A stretch of DNA of 64,000 bases, taken from NCBI GenBank assembly GCA_963676835.2, contig CAXXFF010000003.1, forward strand, positions 832,001 through 896,000, written 5' to 3'. Every line of letters starts with the position of its first letter. Position 1 is the stretch's first letter. Shown one piece after another: positions 1 through 9,863 of the stretch. Under the pieces are notes generated by a model. That model worked only from the letters and a program-made list of their open reading frames with translations, ran no database searches and had not been told where the DNA came from. The DNA is from Marispirochaeta sp. (lineage in GTDB: Bacteria; Spirochaetota; Spirochaetia; JC444; Marispirochaetaceae). The translations under genes were made by a program, and so were the position numbers.

Positions 1-831
1 GGGAACCTGTATGCCCTCCGCAGCCTCACTGCTGGAGACAATCATGTTGAAGAAAACTTCTATATCGATGTCTGAATCTTCACCGGTGCTGTTTTCCCGG
101 ACAATGGAGTAGCCTCCGGGGACTTTTTCACCGTAAAGAAAGGTCCCAGGTTCCGGTTCTTCCCTTTCGAGAGACATGGTGTAGTGCTGAGCCATATGGG
201 CCATATCGCCGTTAAACAGGATACGCCCTGAATCGAGAATAATGATGGGATCAATGAGATGTTCCATATCACGCACCTGATGGGTGGAAATCAGAATTGT
301 CTGATCCTCTGCCAGAGACGAGGCTACAAGCCGCCGAAACTGTCTTTTAGAGGGGATGTCCAGACCGTTGGTAGGTTCATCGAGAATAACCAGCTCCGCA
401 CCGCTTGCAAGGGCAAAACTGAGGATAAACTTTTTCCTCTGCCCCATGGAAAGCTCGCTCAGTTTCTTATCTACTGATACATCGAACTCTCTGCACAGTG
501 TTTCAAATTTTTCCTTGTTAAACCGGGGATAAAATGGAGAATTGAGATCCCCATAGCGAACTCCCGAAACGGGAGGCAGGGAAAACTCTTCGGGGATAAA
601 AAATATTTTCTCAAGCATTTCCGGATACCGTGCGGGACTGTCAAAGCCATGAACCATGACCGTTCCGTCATAGCCCTTCAGCTGGCCGGAAATGATCTTC
701 AGCAGGCTGGTTTTGCCTGCACCGTTTTTGCCTAAAAGTCCGTAAATCATGCCGGGCTTGAGATCCAGCCTGAGACCGGTAAAAAGGGGACTGGACTTAT
801 AGGAAAAGGATAAATCGCTTATATGAACCAT
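1..831 (-). CDS. ABC transporter ATP-binding protein (3' end runs off the window)
   Basis: Absent from ORF track; hand translation from ATG at 831 (AGGAG RBS) gives MVHISDLSFSYKSSPLFTGLRLDLKPGMIYGLLGKNGAGKTSLLKIISG (Walker A); the same frame reads EVFFNMIV near position 1. Confidence 0.88.
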   Translation of the reverse strand, partial: MVHISDLSFSYKSSPLFTGLRLDLKPGMIYGLLGKNGAGKTSLLKIISGQLKGYDGTVMVHGFDSPARYPEMLEKIFFIPEEFSLPPVSGVRYGDLNSPFYPRFNKEKFETLCREFDVSVDKKLSELSMGQRKKFILSFALASGAELVILDEPTNGLDIPSKRQFRRLVASSLAEDQTILISTHQVRDMEHLIDPIIILDSGRILFNGDMAHMAQHYTMSLEREEPEPGTFLYGEKVPGGYSIVRENSTGEDSDIDIEVFFNMIVSSSEAAEGIQVP

Positions 832-855
832 TCAACTCCTCCACACAAATGCATC

Positions 856-885
856 TTTAGTGTACTACTACACTATAACACTAAA
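856..885. promoter_or_regulatory. Inverted repeat upstream of ABC ATPase, possible YtrA/GntR-type operator
   Basis: TTTAGTGT-N14-ACACTAAA, perfect 8-bp arms. Confidence 0.5.
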
Positions 886-948
886 ACAATACATCTACAA
901 CTGAAGAAAGCAGGAAAAGTGCAGTTTTTTACTATTTTAGAGCTGTCC

Positions 949-1638
949 TTATAGCCAACTGCTCCAGTTGCAGGGGAGATCCGGCTTTTTCAGCAGCTCT
1001 TCAAGGCGCCGGAGATACTCCTGCCTGGGAATCTCAACAGCACCGAGGCTTTCCAGATGAGGGGTATACAATTGGGAGTCAATCAACTCTACCCCCCGGG
1101 AAACAAGTTCGCGAACCAGGGTAATGAAAGCGGCCTTGCTGGCATTGGGTCTGCGGAAAAACATTGATTCTCCACAGAAAAGAGCGCCAAGAGAGACACC
1201 GTAGAGTCCTCCAACCAGTTGCTCCCCTTCCCAGGCTTCCGCGCTGTGGGCAAAACCCAGGTTATGGAGCTCTATGTAGGCTTTCTGCATCTCTTCGGTT
1301 ATCCAGGTACCGCCCTGGTCGGGCCGGTACTGCTCGGCACAGGCGGAAATAACTTCGGCAAAAGAGGTGTCAAAACGTATACGGTAGGTTTCCCGGCGCA
1401 GCAGTCGTTCCATGCTTTTTGAGACATGCAGATCTTCAGGAAAAAGAACAAACCGGGGGTCGGGATTCCACCAGAGGATATCTTCACCGGGATTGAACCA
1501 GGGAAAGATCCCCTGACGGTAGGCGGACAAAAGCATTCCGGGGGAAAGATTTCCCCCGGCGGCAACAATACCTGAAGGATCAACCTCGTCAGGACCGGGA
1601 AAAGTAAAATGATCCTGCAGACCAAGATAGGGAAACAT
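949..1638 (-). CDS. aat: Leucyl/phenylalanyl-tRNA--protein transferase
   Basis: AYRQGIFPW, WWNPDPRFVL, AHSAEAW, LVGGLYGV, GESMF motifs; follows clpS-clpA. Confidence 0.96.
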   Translation of the reverse strand: MFPYLGLQDHFTFPGPDEVDPSGIVAAGGNLSPGMLLSAYRQGIFPWFNPGEDILWWNPDPRFVLFPEDLHVSKSMERLLRRETYRIRFDTSFAEVISACAEQYRPDQGGTWITEEMQKAYIELHNLGFAHSAEAWEGEQLVGGLYGVSLGALFCGESMFFRRPNASKAAFITLVRELVSRGVELIDSQLYTPHLESLGAVEIPRQEYLRRLEELLKKPDLPCNWSSWL

Positions 1639-1641
1639 GGA

Positions 1642-3945
1642 TCAGCTTGTCTTTATGACTACTTCACCGTCGACCACATCCGCAAGTGCCTTGCCTCCTT
1701 TGGCAAGATCACCGAAGAGAACAGCATCAACAAAGTAGTGCTTTATCTTGTCGCTGATAAGCCGGGCAACATTGCGGGCTCCGTACTCGGCGCTGTAGCC
1801 CTCTTCCGCAAGGTATTCACGACAGGCTTGAGTAAGCTCCAGCTCTACACCCTTCTCGCCTAACTGTTTGCGGAAAATATCAATCTCTTTATCCACAATA
1901 TTGAGAACCATCCGGGTATCAAGGCGGCCGAAGGTAACTATTTTATCCAGCCGGTTGCGGAACTCCGGAGAAAAGGCCCGTTCCACTGCATCTCCGATAG
2001 CCTCTTCGGTTACATTGCGATCACCAAAGCCTATCATGGGCTTGCCTATTTCCCGGGCCCCGGCGTTCGATGTCATAATTACAATAACATTGCGGAAATC
2101 CGCTTTACGTCCGGCATTATCCGTCAGGGTTGCATAATCCATTACCTGAAGGAGAATATTGAAAATATCCTGATGCGCCTTCTCTATCTCATCCAGAAGC
2201 AGTACCGCATGGGGCGTTTTGCGGATGGCATCCGTAAGCAGCCCTCCTTCTTCATAGCCCACATAGCCCGGAGGGGATCCAACCAGGCGGGAAACAGTAT
2301 GCTTCTCCTGATACTCACTCATATCAAAGCGGTGGAGATGCACTCCGAGGAGTTCCGCCAGCTGCCGGGCAAGTTCGGTTTTTCCAACCCCCGTGGGCCC
2401 GACAAAAAGAAAAGAGGCCACCGGCTTATCCGAACCTTTGAAACCCGCCCGGGACCGTTTCACCGCCTGTACAACTGCGGCTACGGCACTGTCCTGGCCG
2501 AAGATGCGTCCCCTGAGGTCTGCCTCAAGACTCTTAAGCCGGTCATTTTCGGTAACAGAAACGGTTTTTTCCGGGATCTTGGCAATCTTGCTGATAACCT
2601 TTTCCACCAGATCTTCGCCGATCTCCTTGACCTCATCGTTTTCCGCATCCTCACGGAAAGCAAGGATTCTTGTATAGGCGCCGGCTTCGTCGATGACATC
2701 GATAGCTTTATCAGGCAGATGCCGGTCGTTTATATACTGATCAGAGAGATCCACCGCAGTCCTCAGGGCTTCATCGGTATAGCGGACATTATGATGCGCC
2801 TCGTAGCGCTCCCTCAAGCCTAAAAGAATCTGATAGGTCTCATCCGGACTTGTCTCGGCAATCTCTATGCGCTGGAACCGCCTCGAAAGGGCACGGTCGC
2901 GCTCAAAGAATTTCTTGTACTCATCGTAGGTGGTACTGCCCATACAGCGGATTTTTCCGGTTACCAGGGCCGGTTTGAGAAGATTTGAGGCATCCATGGA
3001 ACCGCCGGAGGTTGCTCCTGCCCCGACTATGGTATGAATCTCATCGATAAAGAGAATGACCTTCTCCTCCTGCTCAAGCTCTTTGAGGATCATCTTCATG
3101 CGCTCTTCAAAATCGCCCCGGAAGCGGGTTCCTGCCAGAAGACTGCCCATATCCAGAGAAAATACCCGGTAATCTTTCAGAAGGGCCGGTACCTTTTCCT
3201 CAGCTATTCTTGCAGCAAGCCCTTCTGCTACAGCGGTTTTACCAACCCCCGGATCTCCCACGAGGATAGGATTATTCTTGAGTCTGCGGCAGAGTACCTG
3301 TATGGTCCGTTCCAGCACCTCTTCCCGTCCGATCAGGGGCTCCAGCCTGCCTTCTCTGGCAGCAGCAGTCAGTTCCCGGGTGAAGGATTCAAGGGCTTTG
3401 CGTTTTTTGCCTTTCTTACCAGCCTCGTCCTGCTCTCCCTCCTGATCACCTGCAGAATCTTCCCCGAAACTGCCCTCTCCGTCCATGGAGAACTCACTCT
3501 CGTCATCCTCCTCTTCAGGAAGTTCATCCATGGAGTGGGAGATGATACTCAGCAGGGCATACCGGGTTATACCGTACTTCTTGAGGTAGTAGGCACCGAA
3601 TGAGTCTTTTTCATCCAGAATGGAAACAAGCAGATCCCCTACCTCAAGACTCTGGGACGATGATGATTCGGTATGAAATACTGCCCGTTCTATGACTCCC
3701 TGAAACCCCAGGGACTGAACCGGCTCCTGGTCATCGATGGCAGGTACATGCTCTTCAAAATAGCTCTGAAGATCATCTTTAAGCTCTTCGGGGTCGGCAC
3801 CGCAGAGGGTTACTATTTCCCGGGTTGATTCAAAAAAGAGAGAAGCATAGAGAATATGTTCAGGCAGCAGAAACTCATGCTTCCTGTTTTTCGCGTCCAG
3901 ATAGGCCGCATTGAGAATATTCTGAACGTCGTCACTGACCTTCAT
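1642..3945 (-). CDS. clpA: ATP-dependent Clp protease ATP-binding subunit ClpA
   Basis: Clp N domain, two AAA modules (GDPGVGKT, GPTGVGKT), between clpS and aat. Confidence 0.95.
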   Translation of the reverse strand: MKVSDDVQNILNAAYLDAKNRKHEFLLPEHILYASLFFESTREIVTLCGADPEELKDDLQSYFEEHVPAIDDQEPVQSLGFQGVIERAVFHTESSSSQSLEVGDLLVSILDEKDSFGAYYLKKYGITRYALLSIISHSMDELPEEEDDESEFSMDGEGSFGEDSAGDQEGEQDEAGKKGKKRKALESFTRELTAAAREGRLEPLIGREEVLERTIQVLCRRLKNNPILVGDPGVGKTAVAEGLAARIAEEKVPALLKDYRVFSLDMGSLLAGTRFRGDFEERMKMILKELEQEEKVILFIDEIHTIVGAGATSGGSMDASNLLKPALVTGKIRCMGSTTYDEYKKFFERDRALSRRFQRIEIAETSPDETYQILLGLRERYEAHHNVRYTDEALRTAVDLSDQYINDRHLPDKAIDVIDEAGAYTRILAFREDAENDEVKEIGEDLVEKVISKIAKIPEKTVSVTENDRLKSLEADLRGRIFGQDSAVAAVVQAVKRSRAGFKGSDKPVASFLFVGPTGVGKTELARQLAELLGVHLHRFDMSEYQEKHTVSRLVGSPPGYVGYEEGGLLTDAIRKTPHAVLLLDEIEKAHQDIFNILLQVMDYATLTDNAGRKADFRNVIVIMTSNAGAREIGKPMIGFGDRNVTEEAIGDAVERAFSPEFRNRLDKIVTFGRLDTRMVLNIVDKEIDIFRKQLGEKGVELELTQACREYLAEEGYSAEYGARNVARLISDKIKHYFVDAVLFGDLAKGGKALADVVDGEVVIKTS

Positions 3946-3980
3946 GCAAAAACCTCACAAATAAATGACGGCTGAAAAAT

Positions 3981-4298
3981 TCAGGCCGGTTCGATGGTAC
4001 AGCGGAGAGGATACTCATGATCCCTGGCCAGCTGATGAACCCGGGCTGCCCGGGTTGCTGCAATATCATAGGAATATATTCCCACAAGGCCACGCCCCTT
4101 CTGGTGAACATCCAGCATTATTCTGGTTGCCTCCGGGGTCTCCTTATGAAATACCGTACGGAGAATCTCAACAACAAATTCCATGGTGGTATAATGATCG
4201 TTATGCAGGACCACCTTGTACATCTGTGGCTCTTTAAGCTGCTGATCGCTTTTTTCCACAACATCGGTGCCGAACCTGTCAGCGTTTTTACCAGCCAT
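3981..4298 (-). CDS. clpS: Clp protease adaptor ClpS
   Basis: YKVVLHNDHYTTMEFVV and MLDVHQKG motifs. Confidence 0.96.
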   Translation of the reverse strand: MAGKNADRFGTDVVEKSDQQLKEPQMYKVVLHNDHYTTMEFVVEILRTVFHKETPEATRIMLDVHQKGRGLVGIYSYDIAATRAARVHQLARDHEYPLRCTIEPA

Positions 4299-4398
4299 GA
4301 ACCTGAAGCTACCTCCGAAGCAAGTATGAGGGTAAATTTAGCTAAACTTGGGAAGATGATCAACCGGAAGATTGAAACTAATACAAGATGAGGATTCT

Positions 4399-5247
4399 TC
4401 AATTTTTCTGAAAGATATCAAACCATGCCTTTATGGTATTCAGATGTATCTGAATAACCTTTTCCACCGGTTCCTGATATCCGCCGGCCAGGTTCCAGAC
4501 CAGGGGTTTCCCGAAACATTTTGCAAACTTGAAAACCATAAGATCCCTGAAGTATAGTTCATGCGAGGTCAAGACACCGCCGATCGGATCATCAATGTGA
4601 GGATCCGCACCTGCCTGGTAGAGGATAATATCACAATCCCTCAGGCTGCGGAGTTTATCCAGTAAATTCCGCTTCCAGTTATCGGCCCGCTGGACTACTT
4701 CCGCAAAAGAAAGATGCCTGATGTATGTCAGGTTTTTATGCTTGATGATCTCGTGACTGCCATCCCCGAAATGTACATCCAGATCAAGGATACCTACTTT
4801 GTTTACCCGGCCTTCTTCTTTAAGTTTTATTGCAGTAATCATAAGGCCGTTAAATGTACAGAATCCGCCGGCACGGCTCAGTCCCGCATGATGAAAACCG
4901 GAGACCGGCGCAAGAGTGGTACAATTCTTATTCAGTGAATTAAGAGCCGCATGATAGAAACATGAATTAGTCCACAACAGGGAATCAGCAATCTCTCTGC
5001 TGTGATTGCTGAATCCGTTCATCTTTCTCAAACTCAGAATATCTTCCACATACTTTCCATCATGGGCGGCTCTAATGTCGCTGCCGGTAAAAGGAGGAAA
5101 ATCGGAGATGATAGTGAATCGGTTATCGTGTTCGATCTTTTCCATAAGAAGTGCCGGCTTGCCCGCCGAGGGAGAGCGGCTGTTATTCTTCTGTACACTC
5201 TGTTTTATGTTGTAAATCACATCCACGGAACAAACCCCTTTATACAT
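4399..5247 (-). CDS. Histone deacetylase family amidohydrolase
   Basis: GFHHA, GFCTFN, DLDVHFGDG, AGADPH, GGY motifs. Confidence 0.9.
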   Translation of the reverse strand: MYKGVCSVDVIYNIKQSVQKNNSRSPSAGKPALLMEKIEHDNRFTIISDFPPFTGSDIRAAHDGKYVEDILSLRKMNGFSNHSREIADSLLWTNSCFYHAALNSLNKNCTTLAPVSGFHHAGLSRAGGFCTFNGLMITAIKLKEEGRVNKVGILDLDVHFGDGSHEIIKHKNLTYIRHLSFAEVVQRADNWKRNLLDKLRSLRDCDIILYQAGADPHIDDPIGGVLTSHELYFRDLMVFKFAKCFGKPLVWNLAGGYQEPVEKVIQIHLNTIKAWFDIFQKN

Positions 5248-5552
5248 TTTTCAGTATAGACCTACACAATATAGCTTCTGCTATTTTTTATCCAACAAAA
5301 TTTAAAAGGCAATGATTATACTATTCTCCAGAGTTACGCCATCTCGGAAAGCCCCCCTGAATGACAAGCATGCCGGGGCTAAATGCTGATTATGAGGAAA
5401 GTCCCAGGATGAAATAGATCTTTACAGGAAACCTGTCTGCAGCAAAAAAGTCTAAATTTGAATGTATGTGATTTGCGGGACGGAAGCGGAATTGCAGGAT
5501 AGGGCAAAACAGGATAGCATTACATGGTGCAATCCTGTATCGGGAGGCGGGA

Positions 5553-6134
5553 ATGGCTCAATCTAATGAAACAAGTGCTATAAAGGCAGGACAGAACTAC
5601 TCTATTGAACAGTGGCGTACCTGGCCGGAAGGTGAACGTTGGGAACTAATAGGCGGAGTTACCTATGACATGAGACCTTCACCCGGTGTAAGCCATCAGA
5701 AAATAGCGGGCAGTTTATATTGTGAACTATCAAACTATTTAGAAGATAATGACTGTACACCTCTTATAGCCCCGGTTGACCTTTTTCTTCCCGAAGCCGT
5801 CGAGGGTTCAACACACACAGTAGTACAGCCCGATGTAATGGTTGTCTGTAATCCATCCATAATAGAGGAAAACGGCGTTCACGGCGGGCCCGATCTGATA
5901 ATTGAGGTACTCTCGGATTCCACTGCCTACAAAGACCTGAATGCGAAGAAATCCGCCTATGAACGTTCCGGCGTTAAGGAATACTGGATAGTAAATCCCG
6001 GGACCGGATCGGTTTTTATTTATCTGCTTGATAAGGGAAAGTATATCCCCGCCATGGAAGTTCTGGCAGGTAATATCATTGAAAGTGCTGTTATTGCAGG
6101 CTTCAAACTGACCCTGAATACAGAATCACTTTAA
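5553..6134 (+). CDS. Uma2 family (PD-(D/E)XK) endonuclease
   Basis: ERWELIGG, VQPDVMVVC, PDLIIEVLS, GVKEYWIVNP. Confidence 0.92.
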   Translation: MAQSNETSAIKAGQNYSIEQWRTWPEGERWELIGGVTYDMRPSPGVSHQKIAGSLYCELSNYLEDNDCTPLIAPVDLFLPEAVEGSTHTVVQPDVMVVCNPSIIEENGVHGGPDLIIEVLSDSTAYKDLNAKKSAYERSGVKEYWIVNPGTGSVFIYLLDKGKYIPAMEVLAGNIIESAVIAGFKLTLNTESL

Positions 6135-6554
6135 GAGAGCCAGCTCCTTATCGATTACATCCTCGACTATGGCACCTATTTTATAGATAAGCTCATAACA
6201 GCCGGTTTCTTCATCCCTGTAGAGCTCTTTGAGACGGGCACAGTCGGTGGATTTCATCTCTTCTTCCACCCGGCGGAAGAGTTCTTTGTTTATCTCTTTA
6301 AAATGCTCATCTACCTTGGCCCGGCCTTTTACAAAGAGCGTGCTGATGGCCATAACCGCACCGGTGACGGCACCGCAGCTTTTCTCCACGCCCATTCCGC
6401 CGCCGAAGCCTGCTGCAAGCTTCAGAGCTTCCGGGGGAAGTTTAAAGCCGTAGACCTCGTTTGCCGCATACAGCATTGTTTCCGCACAGTTGAGATTCAT
6501 CCGCGCAGCAAGACCATCTTTAATTACACCTTCAAGGGTTCCATTCTTTTTCAT
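6126..6554 (-). CDS. C_GCAxxG_C_C family putative redox protein
   Basis: NCAE, GFGGGMG, CGAVTG, two later Cys. Confidence 0.88.
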   Translation of the reverse strand: MKKNGTLEGVIKDGLAARMNLNCAETMLYAANEVYGFKLPPEALKLAAGFGGGMGVEKSCGAVTGAVMAISTLFVKGRAKVDEHFKEINKELFRRVEEEMKSTDCARLKELYRDEETGCYELIYKIGAIVEDVIDKELALLK

Positions 6555-6594
6555 GGAAACAGCTTACACTTTGCTATAGCAGAATTGCAAGTGG

Positions 6595-6981
6595 TCAGGC
6601 CAAACGCTCAGCACCGCAGTAGACTTCTTCCGCATGAAGGTAAAAAGCTGCCCGGGGTTCAAGCTGGGGATGCTTTACATGCACCCAGTCCACCACGTCG
6701 GAAAAACGGCTTCCCTCTTCCACGCATTCTGCCCGGCACTTGATCTGATAGGCTTTACGGGTATCCGGATCGAGTACGACAACGGACATACGGGGATTCC
6801 GGTCCAGGTTCTTCCTGGTTTTATCAAACTTATTATCCGCCACCACCAGAGTTTTATCATCCACAGCCTTAAGGTAGGTAACATAGATAAGATTCGGGTT
6901 TCCACTTCCGTCGGCGGTTGCAATACAGATGGGCATGGTTTTTTCAAGGGCGGTAAGAACTTCTGGGGCAAGAACACTCAT
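6595..6981 (-). CDS. Pyridoxamine 5'-phosphate oxidase family (FMN-binding) protein
   Basis: IATADGSGNPN, KTRKNLDRNP, YQIK pattern. Confidence 0.82.
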   Translation of the reverse strand: MSVLAPEVLTALEKTMPICIATADGSGNPNLIYVTYLKAVDDKTLVVADNKFDKTRKNLDRNPRMSVVVLDPDTRKAYQIKCRAECVEEGSRFSDVVDWVHVKHPQLEPRAAFYLHAEEVYCGAERLA

Positions 6982-7103
6982 GGCGATCCTCTTTCAGGCC
7001 GCCTCTGAAAACCATGCTGCAGTTTCCTTTTTGCAAGGGCTCTCAGAAGGACCTCTTTAATGATTGTGATTTTCATTAACACTACAAGAGAAGCGGCGGA
7101 TAC

Positions 7104-7766
7104 TCAAGTGTCTACGGAAGAATCCGAAGCAAGTTTCTTCATGGTTTCCCCCATGGTTTTAAGCATCAGGTAACAGCTGGTGGCACCGGCATCCACTGTA
7201 CCCCTGGAACGTTCTCCCAGCCGGCTTGCCCGGCCTATTTTTGCAACCATATCTTCCGTTGACTTCCAGCCCTTTTCAGCGGCGGCCGTCATAGCATCCA
7301 TGGCAGCGGCAAATTCCGCCCCGGATGAAACAGCCTCTTTCAGACCTGTCAGAGCAGGATCCAGGGTATCCACCAGAGTTTTGTCACCCACTTTCGCGTT
7401 ACCGAGACTCTGTATGCCTTCGTAGGCAGACTCCAGCATCGCTGCCACCAGAGAAGCATCCACCGTATCTGCAGACTTTGAGACCCGGGCCATGCGCTTG
7501 AAGAAGGTGCCGTATAAAGGCCCCATGGAGCCGCCGATCTCATCTACCAGGATTCTTCCCAGAAGCTTGAAAGCCTCACTCATGCCGCAGTCCAGGCCGC
7601 CAAGCTCCTTCTCCGCCAGGGTAAAGCCCTTGTCCATATTAATGCCGTGATCGCCGTCGCCGATGGCACCGTCTATTTCGCTTAAGTAGACCCGGTTTTC
7701 GTGGATGGTTTTTATCAGTGCCTCTACAATAACCTTTCCCCGGGATTCTGCAAATGAATCAGCCAT
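7104..7766 (-). CDS. dhaL: Dihydroxyacetone kinase-family subunit L (DAK2)
   Basis: GDGDHGINM, GGSMGPLYG, GDKTLVD, GRASRLGERS, DAGATS. Confidence 0.93.
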   Translation of the reverse strand: MADSFAESRGKVIVEALIKTIHENRVYLSEIDGAIGDGDHGINMDKGFTLAEKELGGLDCGMSEAFKLLGRILVDEIGGSMGPLYGTFFKRMARVSKSADTVDASLVAAMLESAYEGIQSLGNAKVGDKTLVDTLDPALTGLKEAVSSGAEFAAAMDAMTAAAEKGWKSTEDMVAKIGRASRLGERSRGTVDAGATSCYLMLKTMGETMKKLASDSSVDT

Positions 7767-8791
7767 CAGATGCTCCCCTGTTTGAGGCCCATGGAGTAGC
7801 AGTCAAGATCCATCAGCTCTTTCAGCTCGTCGTCAAGCTTCATCAACGTAAGGGTTACTCCCATCATCTCCAGGCTGGTAAAAAAGTTCCCCACATAGGG
7901 GCGGTAAATCTTTATCCCCTTCTCTTCCAGAATCCGGGCGACTTCATCGTAGTAGATGTAAAGTTCCATAACCGGGGTGGCGCCAAGACCGCTGACCAGG
8001 ACTACCACCTCATCGCCTCCGGCAAAGGGAAGATCCGGCAGAATCTGCTCAAGGGAGAGGGCCGCCATCTCTTTGGCAGTTTTAAGATCCTGCACATTGA
8101 TGCCGGGCTCTCCGTGATGGCCGATTCCCACCTCCATTTTGCCGGCCTCGATGCTGAAGTTGGGCTTTCCCACCGCGGGGATGGTACAGGGAGTGAGGCC
8201 TATGCCGATGCTACGGGTATTGTCGATTGCCTTCTGTGCGGCGGCGATAACCTCATCGAGGTTCCCTCCAAGGGCAGCTTTGGCTCCACCGGCTTTCCAC
8301 ATAAGGATTTCACCGGCAACTCCCCGCCGTTTTTGCCGCTCATCTGACGGCGCACTGGGAACATCGTCGTTGGCCACCACGGTTTTTACCGGAATATCAT
8401 CGTCTTCGGCATCTTCCATGGCCATTTTGACATTCATGTTGTCCCCTGCGTAGTTACCGTAGAGTACCGCCACCCCTTCGCCGCCGTCGGCAGCCTTTAT
8501 AGCCTCATAAAAAGACTTTGCCGTGGGGGAGCTGAAGATCTCTCCGATGGCTACTGCATCTACCAGATTTTTGCCGATATAGCCGGTAAATGCCGGTTTA
8601 TGTCCCGAGCCTCCGCCGGTAACGATCCCCACCTTGCCCTTTATGGGGGCTTCGGCATATTTCAGTACCCTTGGGTGGGAGGTGGGTGCGATAAAATCGC
8701 TGTGGGCCTTTACAAATCCTTTAAGGTAATCTTCCACCACCATGTCGGGGTTATTGATAATCCGCTGCACTGTTTTCTCCTTTGCTGACAT
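7766..8791 (-). CDS. dhaK: Dihydroxyacetone kinase-family subunit K (DAK1)
   Basis: GGGSGHKP, NYAGDNMN, RRGVAG, GIGHHGEPG, TSLEMMG. Confidence 0.93.
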   Translation of the reverse strand: MSAKEKTVQRIINNPDMVVEDYLKGFVKAHSDFIAPTSHPRVLKYAEAPIKGKVGIVTGGGSGHKPAFTGYIGKNLVDAVAIGEIFSSPTAKSFYEAIKAADGGEGVAVLYGNYAGDNMNVKMAMEDAEDDDIPVKTVVANDDVPSAPSDERQKRRGVAGEILMWKAGGAKAALGGNLDEVIAAAQKAIDNTRSIGIGLTPCTIPAVGKPNFSIEAGKMEVGIGHHGEPGINVQDLKTAKEMAALSLEQILPDLPFAGGDEVVVLVSGLGATPVMELYIYYDEVARILEEKGIKIYRPYVGNFFTSLEMMGVTLTLMKLDDELKELMDLDCYSMGLKQGSI

Positions 8792-8881
8792 AGATCAGCA
8801 CCTATGCAAAGTCTCCCGCAGGCAATTTTGTGTTTTCCTGCAAGCCTTAATAATCATCCATCGTTGCCTTACTACATGTTT

Positions 8882-8899
8882 TGTCACACCGGTGCGACA
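8882..8899. promoter_or_regulatory. LacI-type palindrome upstream of dhaK
   Basis: TGTCACACCGGTGCGACA, one mismatch, central CG. Confidence 0.5.
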
Positions 8900-8962
8900 T
8901 TTTTGTTATGTACTTTTCTTATCCCCATCTGGTTCTTCTGCTTTTTTACCAATCCAGTTCTT

Positions 8963-9748
8963 CTATTTTATTGTATATCCACCGTCGATGACGATGTTTT
9001 CGCCGGTGATAAGCCCTGCAGCATCACTTGCCAGAAAGAGGGCAACTGCAGCCACCTCTTCGGGATAGCCGAAGCGGCCTGCGGGGATCAGCTTTTTCAT
9101 AGCCTCCCCCACTTCTCCGGCCCAGGCCTTTTTGCCTAACTCCGTAAGAATTACTGTTGGAGATATACTGTTAACATTGATATTGTACTGACCCCACTCA
9201 TAGGCAAGGGTTTTGGTTACCGAAATAACCCCGGCCTTGCTGGCGCAGTAGGCCACATGATTATCCAGGGCCACCAGTCCTGCCTGGGATGCCATGTTTA
9301 TGATGTTTCCGCCTCCGGCCTCGATCATCTTCCTGCCTACTGCCTGGGCAAGCATGAAAACTGCCTTGAGATTAACAGCCATGGTTGTATCCCAGTACTC
9401 TTCGCTGATATTTTCGGCGTCGTCCAGAAACACCACTCCGGCGACATTGGCAAGGATATCGATACGGCCGAACTCGCTAATGGCTGTATTAACGGCATTC
9501 TGTATATCTGCGCTTTTTGTAAGATCTGCTATTACAGAAACAGCCTTCCTTCCAAGCTTCTGTATCGCCGACTCTGTAATCTTTACATCGGGCTTGAGAT
9601 CTACCAGTACAAGATCCGCTCCTTTGGCGGCGTAGAGCTCTGCAATGGCCTTACCGATTCCCTGGGCGGCACCGGTAACCATGGCTACTTTTCCATCAAG
9701 GCCGAAGGAGTTGTCGAAACCTTTATAGTCCATACTATCTCCTGACAT
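8963..9748 (-). CDS. SDR oxidoreductase, probably D-threitol/glycerol dehydrogenase (GolD/DthD-like)
   Basis: TGAAQGIG, YCASK catalytic motif, ISPTVILTELGKKAW; adjacent to DAK genes. Confidence 0.8.
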   Translation of the reverse strand: MSGDSMDYKGFDNSFGLDGKVAMVTGAAQGIGKAIAELYAAKGADLVLVDLKPDVKITESAIQKLGRKAVSVIADLTKSADIQNAVNTAISEFGRIDILANVAGVVFLDDAENISEEYWDTTMAVNLKAVFMLAQAVGRKMIEAGGGNIINMASQAGLVALDNHVAYCASKAGVISVTKTLAYEWGQYNINVNSISPTVILTELGKKAWAGEVGEAMKKLIPAGRFGYPEEVAAVALFLASDAAGLITGENIVIDGGYTIK

Positions 9749-9826
9749 AAGTCATTTATTTTTGAGAATTATAACATTAAATAGACCATTGGCGGGAGAA
9801 ATATAAAGTACACAGATTTAATTTTT

Positions 9827-9861
9827 TAGACAAATATAATATACCATGTTATATTTGTCTA
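9827..9861 (+). promoter_or_regulatory. Promoter overlapped by a 13-bp inverted repeat; probable leaderless transcript
   Basis: TAGACAAATATAA-N9-TTATATTTGTCTA; TAGACA-17-TATATT with TG extension, ATG 8 nt downstream. Confidence 0.6.
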
Positions 9862-9863
9862 GA

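Noticed and set aside
60..671. Short ORFs in the ORF track at the window start
   Set aside because: Alternative frames of the ABC ATPase at 1-831
949..4298. clpS-clpA-aat as a novel system
   Set aside because: Well-known N-end-rule gene cluster
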